Origin: Enoplolaimus lenunculus
Taxonomy: Eukaryota
Assembly (NCBI GenBank): GCA_030248215.1
Contig: JASANG010002092.1
Coordinates: 310,001 to 374,000, forward strand
Length of the DNA stretch: 64,000 nucleotides
Direction: 5' to 3'
Part shown: piece after piece, positions 9,201-19,420 of the stretch
Layout of the letters: each line of letters begins with the position of its first letter
Position numbering within the stretch: the stretch's first letter is position 1
Position numbers and translations under genes: made by a program
Notes under the pieces: model-generated
Databases searched by the model: none
What the model saw: only the letters and a program-made list of their open reading frames with translations
Told to the model about the DNA's origin: nothing

Positions 9201-11135
9201 TTTAGGCACAGTTTCTTTTTGGGGTTGTTCTTTTGGGGGTAACGGGATTGCTGAAATTTCCTGAGGTTGAGGTGGTTTCATACCAACTACCTCTTCTAAT
9301 GTTTTTGGTCTATACGGTTTTGGTCCTTTTGGGGGTGGAGGTGGTGGCTCATCTGCCACTGCCTCCTGGGTTTCAATTCCACTCTGTCCTGGTCCTGATG
9401 GTTTAACAGTCATAAATTGACTAAACCATTCAGTTGCTATTCTATGTTCCTCCATAGCCTTTTTCCTTTCCTCTGTTTCCGGACCAAACATTTCGTCACT
9501 AATTTCACCTGTTATGGGTCTTTCCGGGTCGGCCCATTCCGGAAATCCTAATATGACTTCTTCGTCTTCGGAATCTAAAATACATTGTTTAACTTTACTT
9601 TTACCTTTTGATTTCTTTTTAGGTTTTTGGTCATCTTTTTGTTGCTTTTTGAAACCATCCCATCTGACGCATTGTCTTGCCCATTGTGGCCAATGATGCA
9701 CTGGGTCATTGATCACATCTCTTTCCCTAATTTCTTTGTCTCGTAATGCGTCTTCCCTTCGGATTCTTTCGATACTGGGCCATACCAATTCCATTCTCAT
9801 CTTGACTTCGGGTATTGTTGTATCAATTGGAATTGGATTTGTGTCCTGAAATAACTGAAAAATGGCCCTCCTACGAGGGACCTTTACCTTTTGACTTGCC
9901 TGAAATGAATATTCGATTGTGCACAAATTTGTTGCTTCCGTTATAGCATAGTTTTCCCAGGCAGCTTTTGTGTTTGCTCCTGGCATTATGTTAACTTTTA
10001 TGTCTCTATTGTGGACTTTTCCGAATACCTCAATTGCCTTAAAAAGTTGGAATGGGATATCCGATAAATTTCGTTTTGCAATCTTTTCAGGGTCTCGACA
10101 AATCATGGCTACAGCTACATCAGCTAGCATGACGTCTAAACTGGCATACCTAATAAACTCCATAAATCGTGTGTCATCCGTATCAACCGTCTGTGGACCT
10201 TTTGTCCATTGACGGAGATATCCCATCATGTATTCACCGTATGGAGTTTTTCCCTTATTGTATCTAAAATAAGCGGTTATGACATCTCCTAGTCCCGCTT
10301 GACCATATGCATGTTTATGGCAATTTTGTAGATCTAAAGTATTTGAATCGTAGGGAAATTTCTTATTTGGAGGTGCATTTTTCGAATCGCCATACAACAT
10401 TTCCCACATATTTCTATCATTATGCACGCTCCACCATAATTGTACAAAATTTTCATCGTGCAATAATTCGGATAGAGACTTAGGTATCTCTACTCCAAAA
10501 GCCTGAACATTAAAAATAAAAATTGCCCCTTCCGTTGTTCCTATTTGAAGTGTTCGCATTAAATTTTTACGAACTACCGTTGGTTTAGAACACCATTCCT
10601 CTAGGCAATATGTTTGATGGCCATCGGGGAGAAGTCTAGTATTGGAAGGGTGGGGATTTTCTTTGGGGTTTTCTTGGTGTTTTTCCAACATTTTCATATA
10701 AGTTTTATATTTTTGCCTTGAAAAATTTACTCCTTCAATGTCTAACGCTAAAATATTAGTCCTTGAAGCTCTTATTATTTCTACCGCCGCGTCTACCTGG
10801 TCTTCATCCGATAAAATTCCAACATACCGCGGTTTTCCCCATTCGCGCATCAACGTTTGTACTGGAACCCAGTATTCCAAGGAATGACATGGGTGGTTTG
10901 CATCATACATTGGGGATCCAACCGGCGGCTTTTCGAAAATCTCCGGCCATTGTACCTTTGAATTCGTTGCTGGCATTGTGTAATTAATCAATAACTGTCC
11001 ACCATACAGTATATCGTCAATATTTGAATTAAAACTTTTTGCAAATAACCAAACTACATGCACTAACACCAATATCAATACTATATAATATTTACTAAAT
11101 TCTTTTAAAGAATTTTTTACTTTTTTAATACTCAC
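6273..11135 (-). CDS. retroelement accessory ORF (1620 aa; first ATG at 10976 gives 1567 aa): N-terminal DEDDy 3'-5' exonuclease (RNase D/WRN/EXD/MUT-7-like), coiled coil, helical region and Q/P/E-rich disordered regions
   Basis: ExoI ILALDIEG, LQIGT, ExoII SVHND, LDLQ, GLGDV, ExoIII YASLDV (about 10110-10800). Single uninterrupted frame with no introns. Heptad-like stretch at about 8117-8640. Confidence 0.85.
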   Translation of the reverse strand: MSIKKVKNSLKEFSKYYIVLILVLVHVVWLFAKSFNSNIDDILYGGQLLINYTMPATNSKVQWPEIFEKPPVGSPMYDANHPCHSLEYWVPVQTLMREWGKPRYVGILSDEDQVDAAVEIIRASRTNILALDIEGVNFSRQKYKTYMKMLEKHQENPKENPHPSNTRLLPDGHQTYCLEEWCSKPTVVRKNLMRTLQIGTTEGAIFIFNVQAFGVEIPKSLSELLHDENFVQLWWSVHNDRNMWEMLYGDSKNAPPNKKFPYDSNTLDLQNCHKHAYGQAGLGDVITAYFRYNKGKTPYGEYMMGYLRQWTKGPQTVDTDDTRFMEFIRYASLDVMLADVAVAMICRDPEKIAKRNLSDIPFQLFKAIEVFGKVHNRDIKVNIMPGANTKAAWENYAITEATNLCTIEYSFQASQKVKVPRRRAIFQLFQDTNPIPIDTTIPEVKMRMELVWPSIERIRREDALRDKEIRERDVINDPVHHWPQWARQCVRWDGFKKQQKDDQKPKKKSKGKSKVKQCILDSEDEEVILGFPEWADPERPITGEISDEMFGPETEERKKAMEEHRIATEWFSQFMTVKPSGPGQSGIETQEAVADEPPPPPPKGPKPYRPKTLEEVVGMKPPQPQEISAIPLPPKEQPQKETVPKEVAKAPTLSEEQIRLARQDTVPLFQQMDTTESPQETSITDVNSDLANRLAVQSMEVEKFSEEPTTISRTSEPVSGVSSYPSPVETISSSARLGDTTITELEQDVFQQVPSEYETLQISKKFNTSILGEQEKLSVIQPSPGVSYRPKTTSRFTVPEGATWMSFIPYPPGIDTTRELTPPGGSVTITDLIKNRIEEIQKKELKAMAEVQAAMKKFVPEVGFPYYQIEQRYIVLQAAIKSLNGVILQRNNLDREAKEAMLKLHYYQEYVSMVDDTIEQAKSTLQAASIHTDWMKENDEKLRQEYIKKFAIQEVRICKLEQEKVSTEKVLTKAMQNSVRDHTELLNLLDDKRKLEKRILQLERKLGPVPNILESETQTEFQEPARQDLGADSMGELIIDEDADDQAGQQSDVIVEKVITDKGKDVAKGPSKQKRARTPMVIVKQARLESMNEPLPRSMSPIAGTSAAAAVGVQEQEPEGEATSSSLNLTYPNILLMEPADLVQQPPIGYEYRLQIYYFAINDIVPMPQTLMSATRLRKLADKWKEAFLEAWRFRLHVKAEFKDLLNYLNYAEYGLAVSVTKIKPNMSTREYEDLMRWFACELRKYCIERMSWRRRYYINAPPEYFLPLSQYVVQQRYSKCRDVRAQAMLILVECAGYSNSNYWKIRNAFDRKNIQAINEVHDKQKRARLFNELDNEQPELEKLTLAQIPNENKELLAKSTACLMEEHPWPMEFQDAIIEGPPHSLNFEEKLKEINPHAESFLETEMRRVTNSVAEVRRIIQASDLELQQEIIEQRNRSRQKVVAVPSQGRQNVSAVTIQQVNPPPPPPAQPESQNIPHVSQKQPTTIEVEGYAQSQEQQELSEGEIVERGTSDQEVRQSQDEPRIVYDECSHNYIPVVSRLSQEQVEQQQQQQQTPVEPQLRRSPRRHQSTPRVDSLGQGQERPRLPSLMSINVRPMFQSQPPENWDQSGSQERRRFKF

Positions 11136-11165
11136 ATCTATAACAATTACAAAGCCCGTATGTAG

Positions 11166-11785
11166 TCATAAGCTACCTTGGGCTTGTAAACACTGGGGAC
11201 AATACCATAAGGCTTGTGCTGGTTCGTCTATAAGACCAACACAGGTAAAATGAAACCATGATAGGCATAAGTCACATTGAATCCAATCTATGACCAAATC
11301 CGTTTGTAAATCAGTAGAATAGGAACCCTTGCAAATTTGACAATCCGCATCTTCCGATTCCTTATTTGAAATTCCGGCCCTTAATTTTGTTTCATATGCT
11401 AAATAATCTTCAATAGAGCCTCCAAAGTGTTTAACTAAAGCCTAGTTATACCAAGAGTCGGCTCGTGTTGCCGATCCTAGGTATTGTAATTTTAAATTAG
11501 GTCCGTCAACCCCTTTCCCCCGTAAATTTTCCAAATCGGGAAAAAAATTTTTAAAAAATTCCTCTTAGATTTTTTTTTTTCTTCCTCTCCAAACCCAAAA
11601 ACACCCCCGTAAAAATTCCCTTACTTTAGCCCTTTTATCATAATAGGACTTGTATTTGGTTTGGGAATGCAAAATTTGTTTTGCAGTATTTTCCCATGCC
11701 TGTGATAAATCTTGCAGCAGCCGAGCACTACAACCTGCCGGTTCTGTTGCCTTTAAGGTTGACATTAAACATCTACTGGTACCTA
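11166..11785 (-). pseudogene. C-terminal remnant of a gypsy-type integrase ending in a PHD finger
   Basis: Manual translation: VPVDV / ...QILHSQTKYKSYYDKRAKVREF... / VDGPNLKLQYLG...YN*ALVKHF...DADCQICKGSYSTDLQTDLVIDWIQCDLCLSWFHFTCVGLIDEPAQALWYCPQCLQAQGSL*. The C4HC3 PHD is at 11190-11342. In-frame TAG at 11442-11444. Garbled patch at 11520-11610. Confidence 0.8.
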
Positions 11786-11939
11786 CGCCTATTTTCGGGT
11801 AGCGAAAGAATTTTTGTTCTCGTCTAAATTAGTGTATGTATATTATATTTGCTTGTTATCGTCAGATTATTTGTTGTCGTCGCATACTTTAAATTCATTG
11901 TTTCATTCAAGTGGCTGATTTTCATATGGAGATGGAACT

Positions 11940-14190
11940 TTGAATAGTGGCTTTCCGCCGAACGTTAGGAAGTATTCAGCTGTTTTAGGTTGGCACGAAT
12001 TTCCTCCGTTTGAAATTCCTGATGCTCCATACACAGGACTGTCGCAGGGTGATAAGAGTAGTTCAACCGGCTATGCTCCGCAAGACCCATTACGGCAACA
12101 ACCTGTTCTTAAGTTGGCAACAGATAAGATTTGTTCAGTACCACTGGGTTCATCAATGCTGGGAACCGCGACGCAAACTACGAATTTAGCTGCTTGCGCA
12201 ACAATACGATATAACTCCAATTCGTGCACTGAAAAATTTGTTTCTGAGAAGTCTCAAGCTTTAAAAAATTGTAAAGTGTCTGTTGCGGCCGCAGGTATGT
12301 TTTAGAAAATCGTAATTCATTGCTATTTTCATACCGTCGATAGTAGCTGTTTAAAACGGTATACTTGTGAATTTTAGCATGGTATTAACCTTCATAATTT
12401 TTTATCAAATTTTGTATGTGTCATTTTGAATTGAAATTTAAAAACATGTGGCCATGGCTAACTGCACTAGCTGATTCTTGTCAATTGACTGACTTAAAGG
12501 TAATTGAGTATAAACAAGTGAACAGTGCCCAAACCACAATATTGCGCGTAACTGATGTATCATCTTTGTGCCACGTGATAATCTATGTGGTATTCGGTAA
12601 CAAAGCCGCTGCATTCCACCATCTCATCTACGGTAACTTCGTTCAGCTTTCAAAAAAACTTTTTCCATGCACTACCAAATATTCCAATTAAGAAGTAACA
12701 GAAAAACAAAAAATAATTCTATTTAGAACAAACCAAACAAAGAGAGAGTCAATCAATAGAAGATGGTAACTTGAATGAGACGAACGTAACTGGCGAATCT
12801 GTGTGTGTTGAAAATATCACAGAATCGAACTCAACTAGTGGTCAAAATGTGTTGTGCACATTAACAGAAATTGATGATGCAACACAGCCAACTCGAAATG
12901 TGGTTTCATCATATGGCGAGTCACAAACAGGTAACAAACTGGTATTGAGTGATAACACAACAAATACAACACACACTACATGTATATAGGATATTATACG
13001 TATATTTTACATGCATATATAAATATAACAATGTGTCTTGTTTCGTTTGCAGTATTGTTGCATTCAATTTGTGTATTGAGCCTGAAACAATAATACAATA
13101 AACCTTGTTAATAATATATTTTACAAATTTGTTCAATGTTAATATATACCAAGGAAGTCTTTATTGATATTGTTACCCGGAGAGACATAATTCAAGGCGT
13201 TTCAATCATGTTTCTTTGTATCTACTGCTTTAGGTACGGCGGAAACAAATAGTGAATTGGTTCAACGTAACAGGGAAGCACTTGCAAATCCTGATAACAC
13301 ACAGCTAGGTAAACCACTTTGTGTAATTGATAAATTATAATATATACCGAACGTAGCCTTTCGAAATCACAGCATGGTCGCTATTCTCATTCGGTGCACT
13401 AATGTCAATCCATGTGTTGTTCCAATTCTCGGAACTATGGGTATTTTAAAAGCCGTTGTAAAATTATTAAGCTATGTGTTTACTTCTATTATTTGCTAAT
13501 CTGATTTCAATAATCTGTTTGAAATGCTTTCGATAGCGCAAAGACGAAACTGTGCTATTTAATGCCCTATTTTTCTTCCTAAGTGAACAAGAGTTATATA
13601 TGTCACATTAACAAATTCATTAACTCGTTTTAGAGTTAGATGACTCGCTGGTTCTTCACATTTTGGATGTTGTTGATCCGAAAGTAAGTAACACCAGCCT
13701 TGTTCGTCCTTCTCGGGTTAAACAAATGCATCGTATTACCACAGATGAACTGGAAAAGATTTTTGACCAAGACTTGCCTTATCTAGAAATACGAGATGGC
13801 GGTCCTGGTTTAGGAGTTTTTGCGTTCAGAAGGTTTTTGCCTGGCGAAGCAGTTGCCGCATATGTCGGTGTCCGCATTTTACAAGTAGATGCGGAAGCAT
13901 TGGAAAACGAGCGTAACCAATCCCAAAACCCTAATGACTATTTGTTCTTTTTTACACACAACAGAGTCGCATATTGCGTTGATGCTCAGAACGCCACTAC
14001 GAGAGTTGGTCGATATATAAACCACTCCAAAAAGCATCGCAATTTGAAGCCGTTTGTTCATATGATAAGCAGTGGACCGCAAGTTTTTTTCAAAGCAAGA
14101 CACACTATAGAAATTGGTTATCAATTGTTTTATGACTATGATGATAGGCGTATGTTTGTTCGTAAAGCATTTCCATGGATAAATCGATGA
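11940..14190 (+). CDS. spliced SET-domain histone lysine methyltransferase, SETD8/PR-Set7/KMT5A-like; exons ~11940-12294, 12727-12930 (or -12981), 13234-13308, 13634-14190; 5' end unresolved
   Basis: Last exon: GLGVFA..F.PGE.V..YVG, YLFFF, YCVDA...RVGRYINHSK, LFYDYDDR...FPWI, collinear with the SETD8 SET and C-flank. All proposed introns are GT-AG and phase 1 and join in frame. Confidence 0.8.
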
Positions 14191-14629
14191 GTGCAATATT
14201 TTCACTAAACTTTAACATATAATCTGTTTGTCGCAACTTTAATCACGTTAGTGGAAAATTTCGGTTCGAATTCAAATACTATCTTGTGACAATTTTTGTA
14301 CCTGTGGTTTAAATATTTCTAATTTTACCTTTTCCGTAAAAACAAAATAATGAATTGCTCATGTTTATTTAAATGATAGCATTCAAACTAGACGTACTAT
14401 AACTTATTAAGAAAGTAATGTAAGAAAACCAGTTATGACAAAGCGCGCAACAACTAACAAAACTTTTCAATCGAGTCGTTTTTCAATTTGTTACGGCATC
14501 TCTTGAAAATTTGTGAATTTTGTTTTGCGTTTTAGAGATTAGAACTGTACAGGCATTTCTTATGGCTTTAATTGCATTGTGTTGTTTTGTGTCTCCACTA
14601 TTTGTGCAACGTGTAATACAATATGTGTT

Positions 14630-14820
14630 CAAACTCGGTGCTTATATTTGTTTAAATGCTCAGTGTACACAATATTCGTTCAGCATAATGTGCCTATATA
14701 TTTTGTTCAACGCAATGTGCTTATATATTTCTAGCAGCTCAATGTGCCTATATATTTTAACAATGTGCCTATATTTGTTAACTGTTCTTACCAATCTTGT
14801 ATGTACCTATATATGTGATT
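14630..14820. repeat. degenerate minisatellite (AATGTGCCTATATATTT motif)
   Basis: The motif recurs about 6 times and explains the spurious MCLYI ORF. Confidence 0.6.
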
Positions 14821-15963
14821 GCCTGAGTCTGTAAATATATAGTGTTACTTTTGTTGTTTATTGGTGCAGTGATAACTGTTATGTGCATATCATATTGGCC
14901 CAATGTTATAACCATACTCATTTATGCACGAATGTGCTATTGTGTCTGTAAGTATTCATGTTTGGTACTGTGCCATTCTACGCGCGGGCGGTTTAGCGTA
15001 CAGAATTTTTTACAGTGCGTTGATGGTTTTACTGCTTCGAAACTTACGAGATTATAACAACGACAACGGTACTTTTCTAGCTTTGGCAGGCTGCTATGTT
15101 CTCAGAACCTCCAATAAAAATATTTTGAATTGGTTGCGTAGTTGCAAAACGTAAATACAATTGTATTGTTTGCAAAACTCGTCATGGGAAATACAACTAA
15201 CGGGATTGCACCGCGCCAATGAAATGTTCGAAACGTGCCTTCTTCATATTATATCAGCCAACTTAGCGTCATTTATTCTGTAATTTGGTACATTTTGTAG
15301 TCGGTTTGTGTTCAAGTGTCTTGCTTTGAAAAATCTTGCCTTCGCTGTACTTGAAAAATATATGTATCTGCTTGACTGACAGGCTGTCTTTTAACTTCCA
15401 GGATTTCGATGTCTTGGTTCGTACATTACTACGACTACTGCTTCAGCGGTGAGTATTTGTATTGCCGTATGATTAAGACAACATTTAACCTGACACTGTT
15501 TGCTGTTTTATACGTTACTCATTTGTTTGTGTTTGCAAACCAATTTGATGCCAGAAATATACTTGGCGCAATATTACGTGGGGTCAGCACACTCAATGTA
15601 TGAGTACGTTTTAGCTATATTCCCGCGCCTTTTCATTAGCTTTACAAATTCTGAACTTTATGCCCGCGTCTTGTTTTAATCAGTTTTTCCAAATTGGGAT
15701 AGTTCGTTTTACATAGTAGTTTGAGACTATTTCCAAATCTCAGTAAAGCTGACCGAGTTTCAGCAATTGCAAGATCTCTACTTAACGCTTTACGCTCATG
15801 GCGTAGACATAGTTTCTTAAGTTTCACATTTCGTAGGAACATCGTAAACGCACATTTTGTTTAAGAGTGGATACCGACAGCTTCTCAACGATTCATGAGC
15901 TTAAAGGCAGCCATGAGAGCGACCGCAATGTGACCGTTTCTTTGCTCCCCCCCCGGTGTTCTG

Positions 15964-18900
15964 GTGCCATTGACGTATTATTGCAACGAATATTGCTCGT
16001 TTGGTAGACCAGTTCATATGGCAGCAATAAAGTTTGGGCTGCTTTTATTGCAAACGTCATGTTTGGACTTGAAAGAGGCTTTTCAATGCTGCAGCCAACA
16101 GCTTTTCCGGGTGAAACCAGCCACTGCGATGGCTATGAAGTATCCTACAGTGTTGGCCTACTGTCCTCTTAGAAAAAAACACTCGATTTTTCTAAAAATC
16201 GCTAAAACTTCTGCCGAGTTGTGTAGATTTCGCGATTTCACACAGCTAAGTGACATATTATTGCATGAACGGCAACAAAGAGATTGCGCTGACAGGGAAG
16301 TTTTACGAGAGTTATGTCCGCTATAAAATCTGTGCGATCGACCGCTACTAAAATACGCGATCATGCAATCGCAATCGCGTAGCTGTCGCGAAAACAATCA
16401 AATAGGTATATACAGAACTAAATCTATTACACTGAGCGTCCAAAGCAGGCTAGCGCATCTGGCAGAAGCTCAGAGCAAACTGGATCGTTTTGTGTTGCAA
16501 GAAATCAACGAAGACACAACGGGTACTGAGGCAATGGAATCAATTGACAGACAGTTGCACGATTTTTCTAGTCCTGAATCATTATTAGAGTTGTATTACT
16601 ATATGAAAAAGTGTGCTGAAATGTCTGCTTCCGTATTTGCTCGTTTAACCGGCACGGATAATGATGCAGAATTGTTCAAACTTTTGATTCATCAGTTGTT
16701 GTGCTTTGCTCGAAACAGAGGTCTTGAGGTTCCAGGTAGTTTCGCAAATTTAGCTGCTTCCCCAGGATGTCCGTTCGCTGATGAGGTGGATGAAGATATG
16801 TTAACGTTAAACGAACCTGTGGATCTGTTATTGGCAGCAGAGAATGAGCATACTTTAAGGGCTTTGGCCAAAAAATTGAAAAAAACAATTTGGTCTTATT
16901 ATCTCAGCAGAAAACGTCGTTTGCTAAAAGAGTTAAGAAATATAAAAGTAATAAGAGTAAATCGCGTGCCTGATGTCGTCAAACGTTTCCCTAACATAGG
17001 TCAAGAAATCGAAAACTTTGTAAGAGCAAACAATTGCGGGGCTGGGCCCTGGCGTCGAACGTCCGCTTTGACAGTCGGGATTGGTCGCGATGGGTTTTAC
17101 CCAGCAACAAAAAAAGTTACATGTTCTTCAACTCAACACAATTTAAACAAACTTGAAAACCCAATTAAACTCTCGAGAAGTTTAGTAAACAACTGCTGTG
17201 CATTAGCCAGGAAGCGAAACCGTCAATGCTCGGCTTGTTCGAAGAAACAGAGAAGTAGTTGTTTTTGCAAAGGACGTTACTCACTGGCTGATGTGATATG
17301 GCAACGAAGTCGCAAAGGCTTTAACTTAAAATTTTCGGCAGATGCATATTGGAGCAATAGTAACTATCGTAACAAAACTTATGTGGAAGCAGGCACCCCG
17401 AACACTCTGAGGATTGATAGTGACGACTTGTCGACCCTTCGCACAGATACTATTGCAACTCATGCTCAACATAGGTGTTTAATTATACGAGGTGAGCCCA
17501 TTGTTCGTTTAAGAACCGATTACAGATACCAAACTAAGACTTCTCTTCAGATTTCAACAATATACGTGCCACGGCGACCAGGAGTCACTCAGAGAACAGT
17601 AGCTGTTGTCAAGCGTAACATTGGTTTTCCTAAATCCGCAACACAACATTATGTCGATCGAGCACCAGTATTGGCCGAGTATAATAACATTAGAATTTGT
17701 TTACATAGGCGTGACGGTGCCAGTGATGAAGCACCGGATAAAAAGCAACCCCAATTCTGGGCTGCTTATGAACACTATCGTTTAAATCGCTGTCTTACTG
17801 TTGTTACTGTGAGATATCCAGGAGGCTCGTTTCTGAATGTAGTTGAGCGTGCAAACGGCGCGTTAGTGTTAGCTCATAGTAATCTACATCTGCCTTCAAC
17901 TCTGCATCATTCTCGTGTTGATACAAAATCAAGTGAGGGTACCAAAAAACTGAATGAAAACATGGATGAGTTACTTAATGTATACATCGATCACGTGAAG
18001 GGTGCTAGATTTATGGGTACGGAAATTGAATATGTTAAGGGCTGTAAGAACGCTCCCATTCCGGACGATGTTTTGAGGGCATTTATCTATGGACCGGATA
18101 CAAAAAGAAAAGCAATTAAACACGAATATCCAGAATGTTGGACAATCTTTAGTACTGTAGAGCAAATCAGGCGAGATCACGAAATGGTGGACAACAATAA
18201 ATACTTCTATGGTTTGAAAGCTTTGTGTGGAAATCCAAAATGCAAACACGCTATTTGTCAGAGATCCTGTTGGGACGTCGAGTTCAGAAACCAAATGTAA
18301 GCGATATTATTAAGTGTAGGGATAGCAAAGGGCTTCTGTTCAATTCATGATTTGCAGTACATTTTATATGTAGTTTACTTAAGTTAACTGTTTTGACATT
18401 GATTACAGGCTTTGTTGCAAATTTTTTCGTACAAATTTTGTTTCGAAACGCATATGCGCTGGAGATATTGTATCTTAATAACAAATGGCACACTACGATG
18501 AATAAATCGTAGGTATACGTTAACTATTCAACTTATGGTTATCTTTCTTGCCCATGTTGACAATACTTGCCTGCTAAGCTTAAGCTTTAAGCTAAGCCGA
18601 AGCCTCAACATATGCCTAAACAAAAAGCCTCAGCTTTTCAGTATCTAAGTTCTACAGTTCTCTTGTCTTCTTGTGAATCGTCTCCTATAATAAACACAGA
18701 CTAGTTTGTTGTTGATATGTCGGTAACTGAAATAGTTTCCATTTTCAGTAATTCTTTGAAATGGTTTCATGGTGGCCCAAGTATTTTTTTTGTTCCGTGG
18801 CCAGTGCCTCATCCCGATGCATGTCAGCAATGGGGACAGAGCGACTGCTCAACATGCAGTGGAGTATGCAGAGGTCATTATCTTGATGGTACGATTTGTA

Positions 18901-19420
18901 AAATTCCTGTGAATTTATTATAATCATTCGTGCAGATTATACAGTTAGACAGTGGTAACAATATGTATATCATTTCTGCATTTAGTTTGTATCATGCACC
19001 GTTATAAATGTTTAATTTTGCAAACTATAGCGTAAAAGATCGGGTGTCCGTGCTCGTTATATTGTGCGGTGCTTATAAGTACCGAAGGTATGGTTTTCCG
19101 GAAGTAAACTTTTACATTTGTTTTAAGCCCATGAAGCAATAAACGCTGCCTTGAAAGATCCGACCTGTCAAATGAAGGTTTACCCGTCAATGATTATTCG
19201 AGAACATGTCCGGTCATGTAACGCATCAAAGCCAAGAGTAAACCTCAGAAACCAAATACACCAGCTGGCTTTAAAGTGTTTACTGCGCGAAGAAGAAGTT
19301 GAATGGGTCTTGAACCACGAGTGCGAAAAATACGAGCACCTAAGTACGAGTAACCGTCAGTTTAAATTTAGTTTCATTCACTCTGAAAGGCGGGACGTTG
19401 ATTCCATACGACACTGTTAA
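15964..19420 (+). pseudogene. Zator-like DDE transposase, spliced, probably decayed (in-frame TAA at 16324-16326); main exon to 18296, exon 18749-18888, last exon about 19128-19420
   Basis: Putative triad DSDD (17416-17427), RRDGASDEAP (17713) and PGGSFLNVVERANG (17845), resembling the Zator DD...DGxxDE...PGxSxxNxVER pattern. Intron 18297-18748 (GTAAGC...TTTTCAG) joins in frame to KWFHGGPS...PVP...CSTCSGVCRGHYL. ORFs 15964 and 16363 are in the same frame. Confidence 0.75.

Larger units (their letters stand above)
5105..11785 (-). mobile_element. 5'-truncated Ty3/gypsy-like LTR retrotransposon: integrase tail + PHD, extra ORF, 3' UTR, PPT, LTR
   Basis: Canonical order on the minus strand: integrase C-terminus, extra ORF, AT-rich UTR, PPT, TG-LTR. 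No gag, RT or RNase H seen. Confidence 0.8.

Noticed and set aside
10977..11135. N-terminal transmembrane segment suggesting an env protein
   Set aside because: It lies upstream of the first ATG (10976) and depends on a GTG start. The rest of the ORF lacks envelope features.
11520..11610. Homopolymer-rich break in the integrase remnant
   Set aside because: Looks like garbled sequence, so frameshifts here are not interpreted biologically.
14520..15154. Hydrophobic Cys-rich small ORFs
   Set aside because: They derive from a TG/TA-rich minisatellite and AT-rich spacer, with no recognisable domain. Part may be decayed 5' transposase exons, but I cannot support that.
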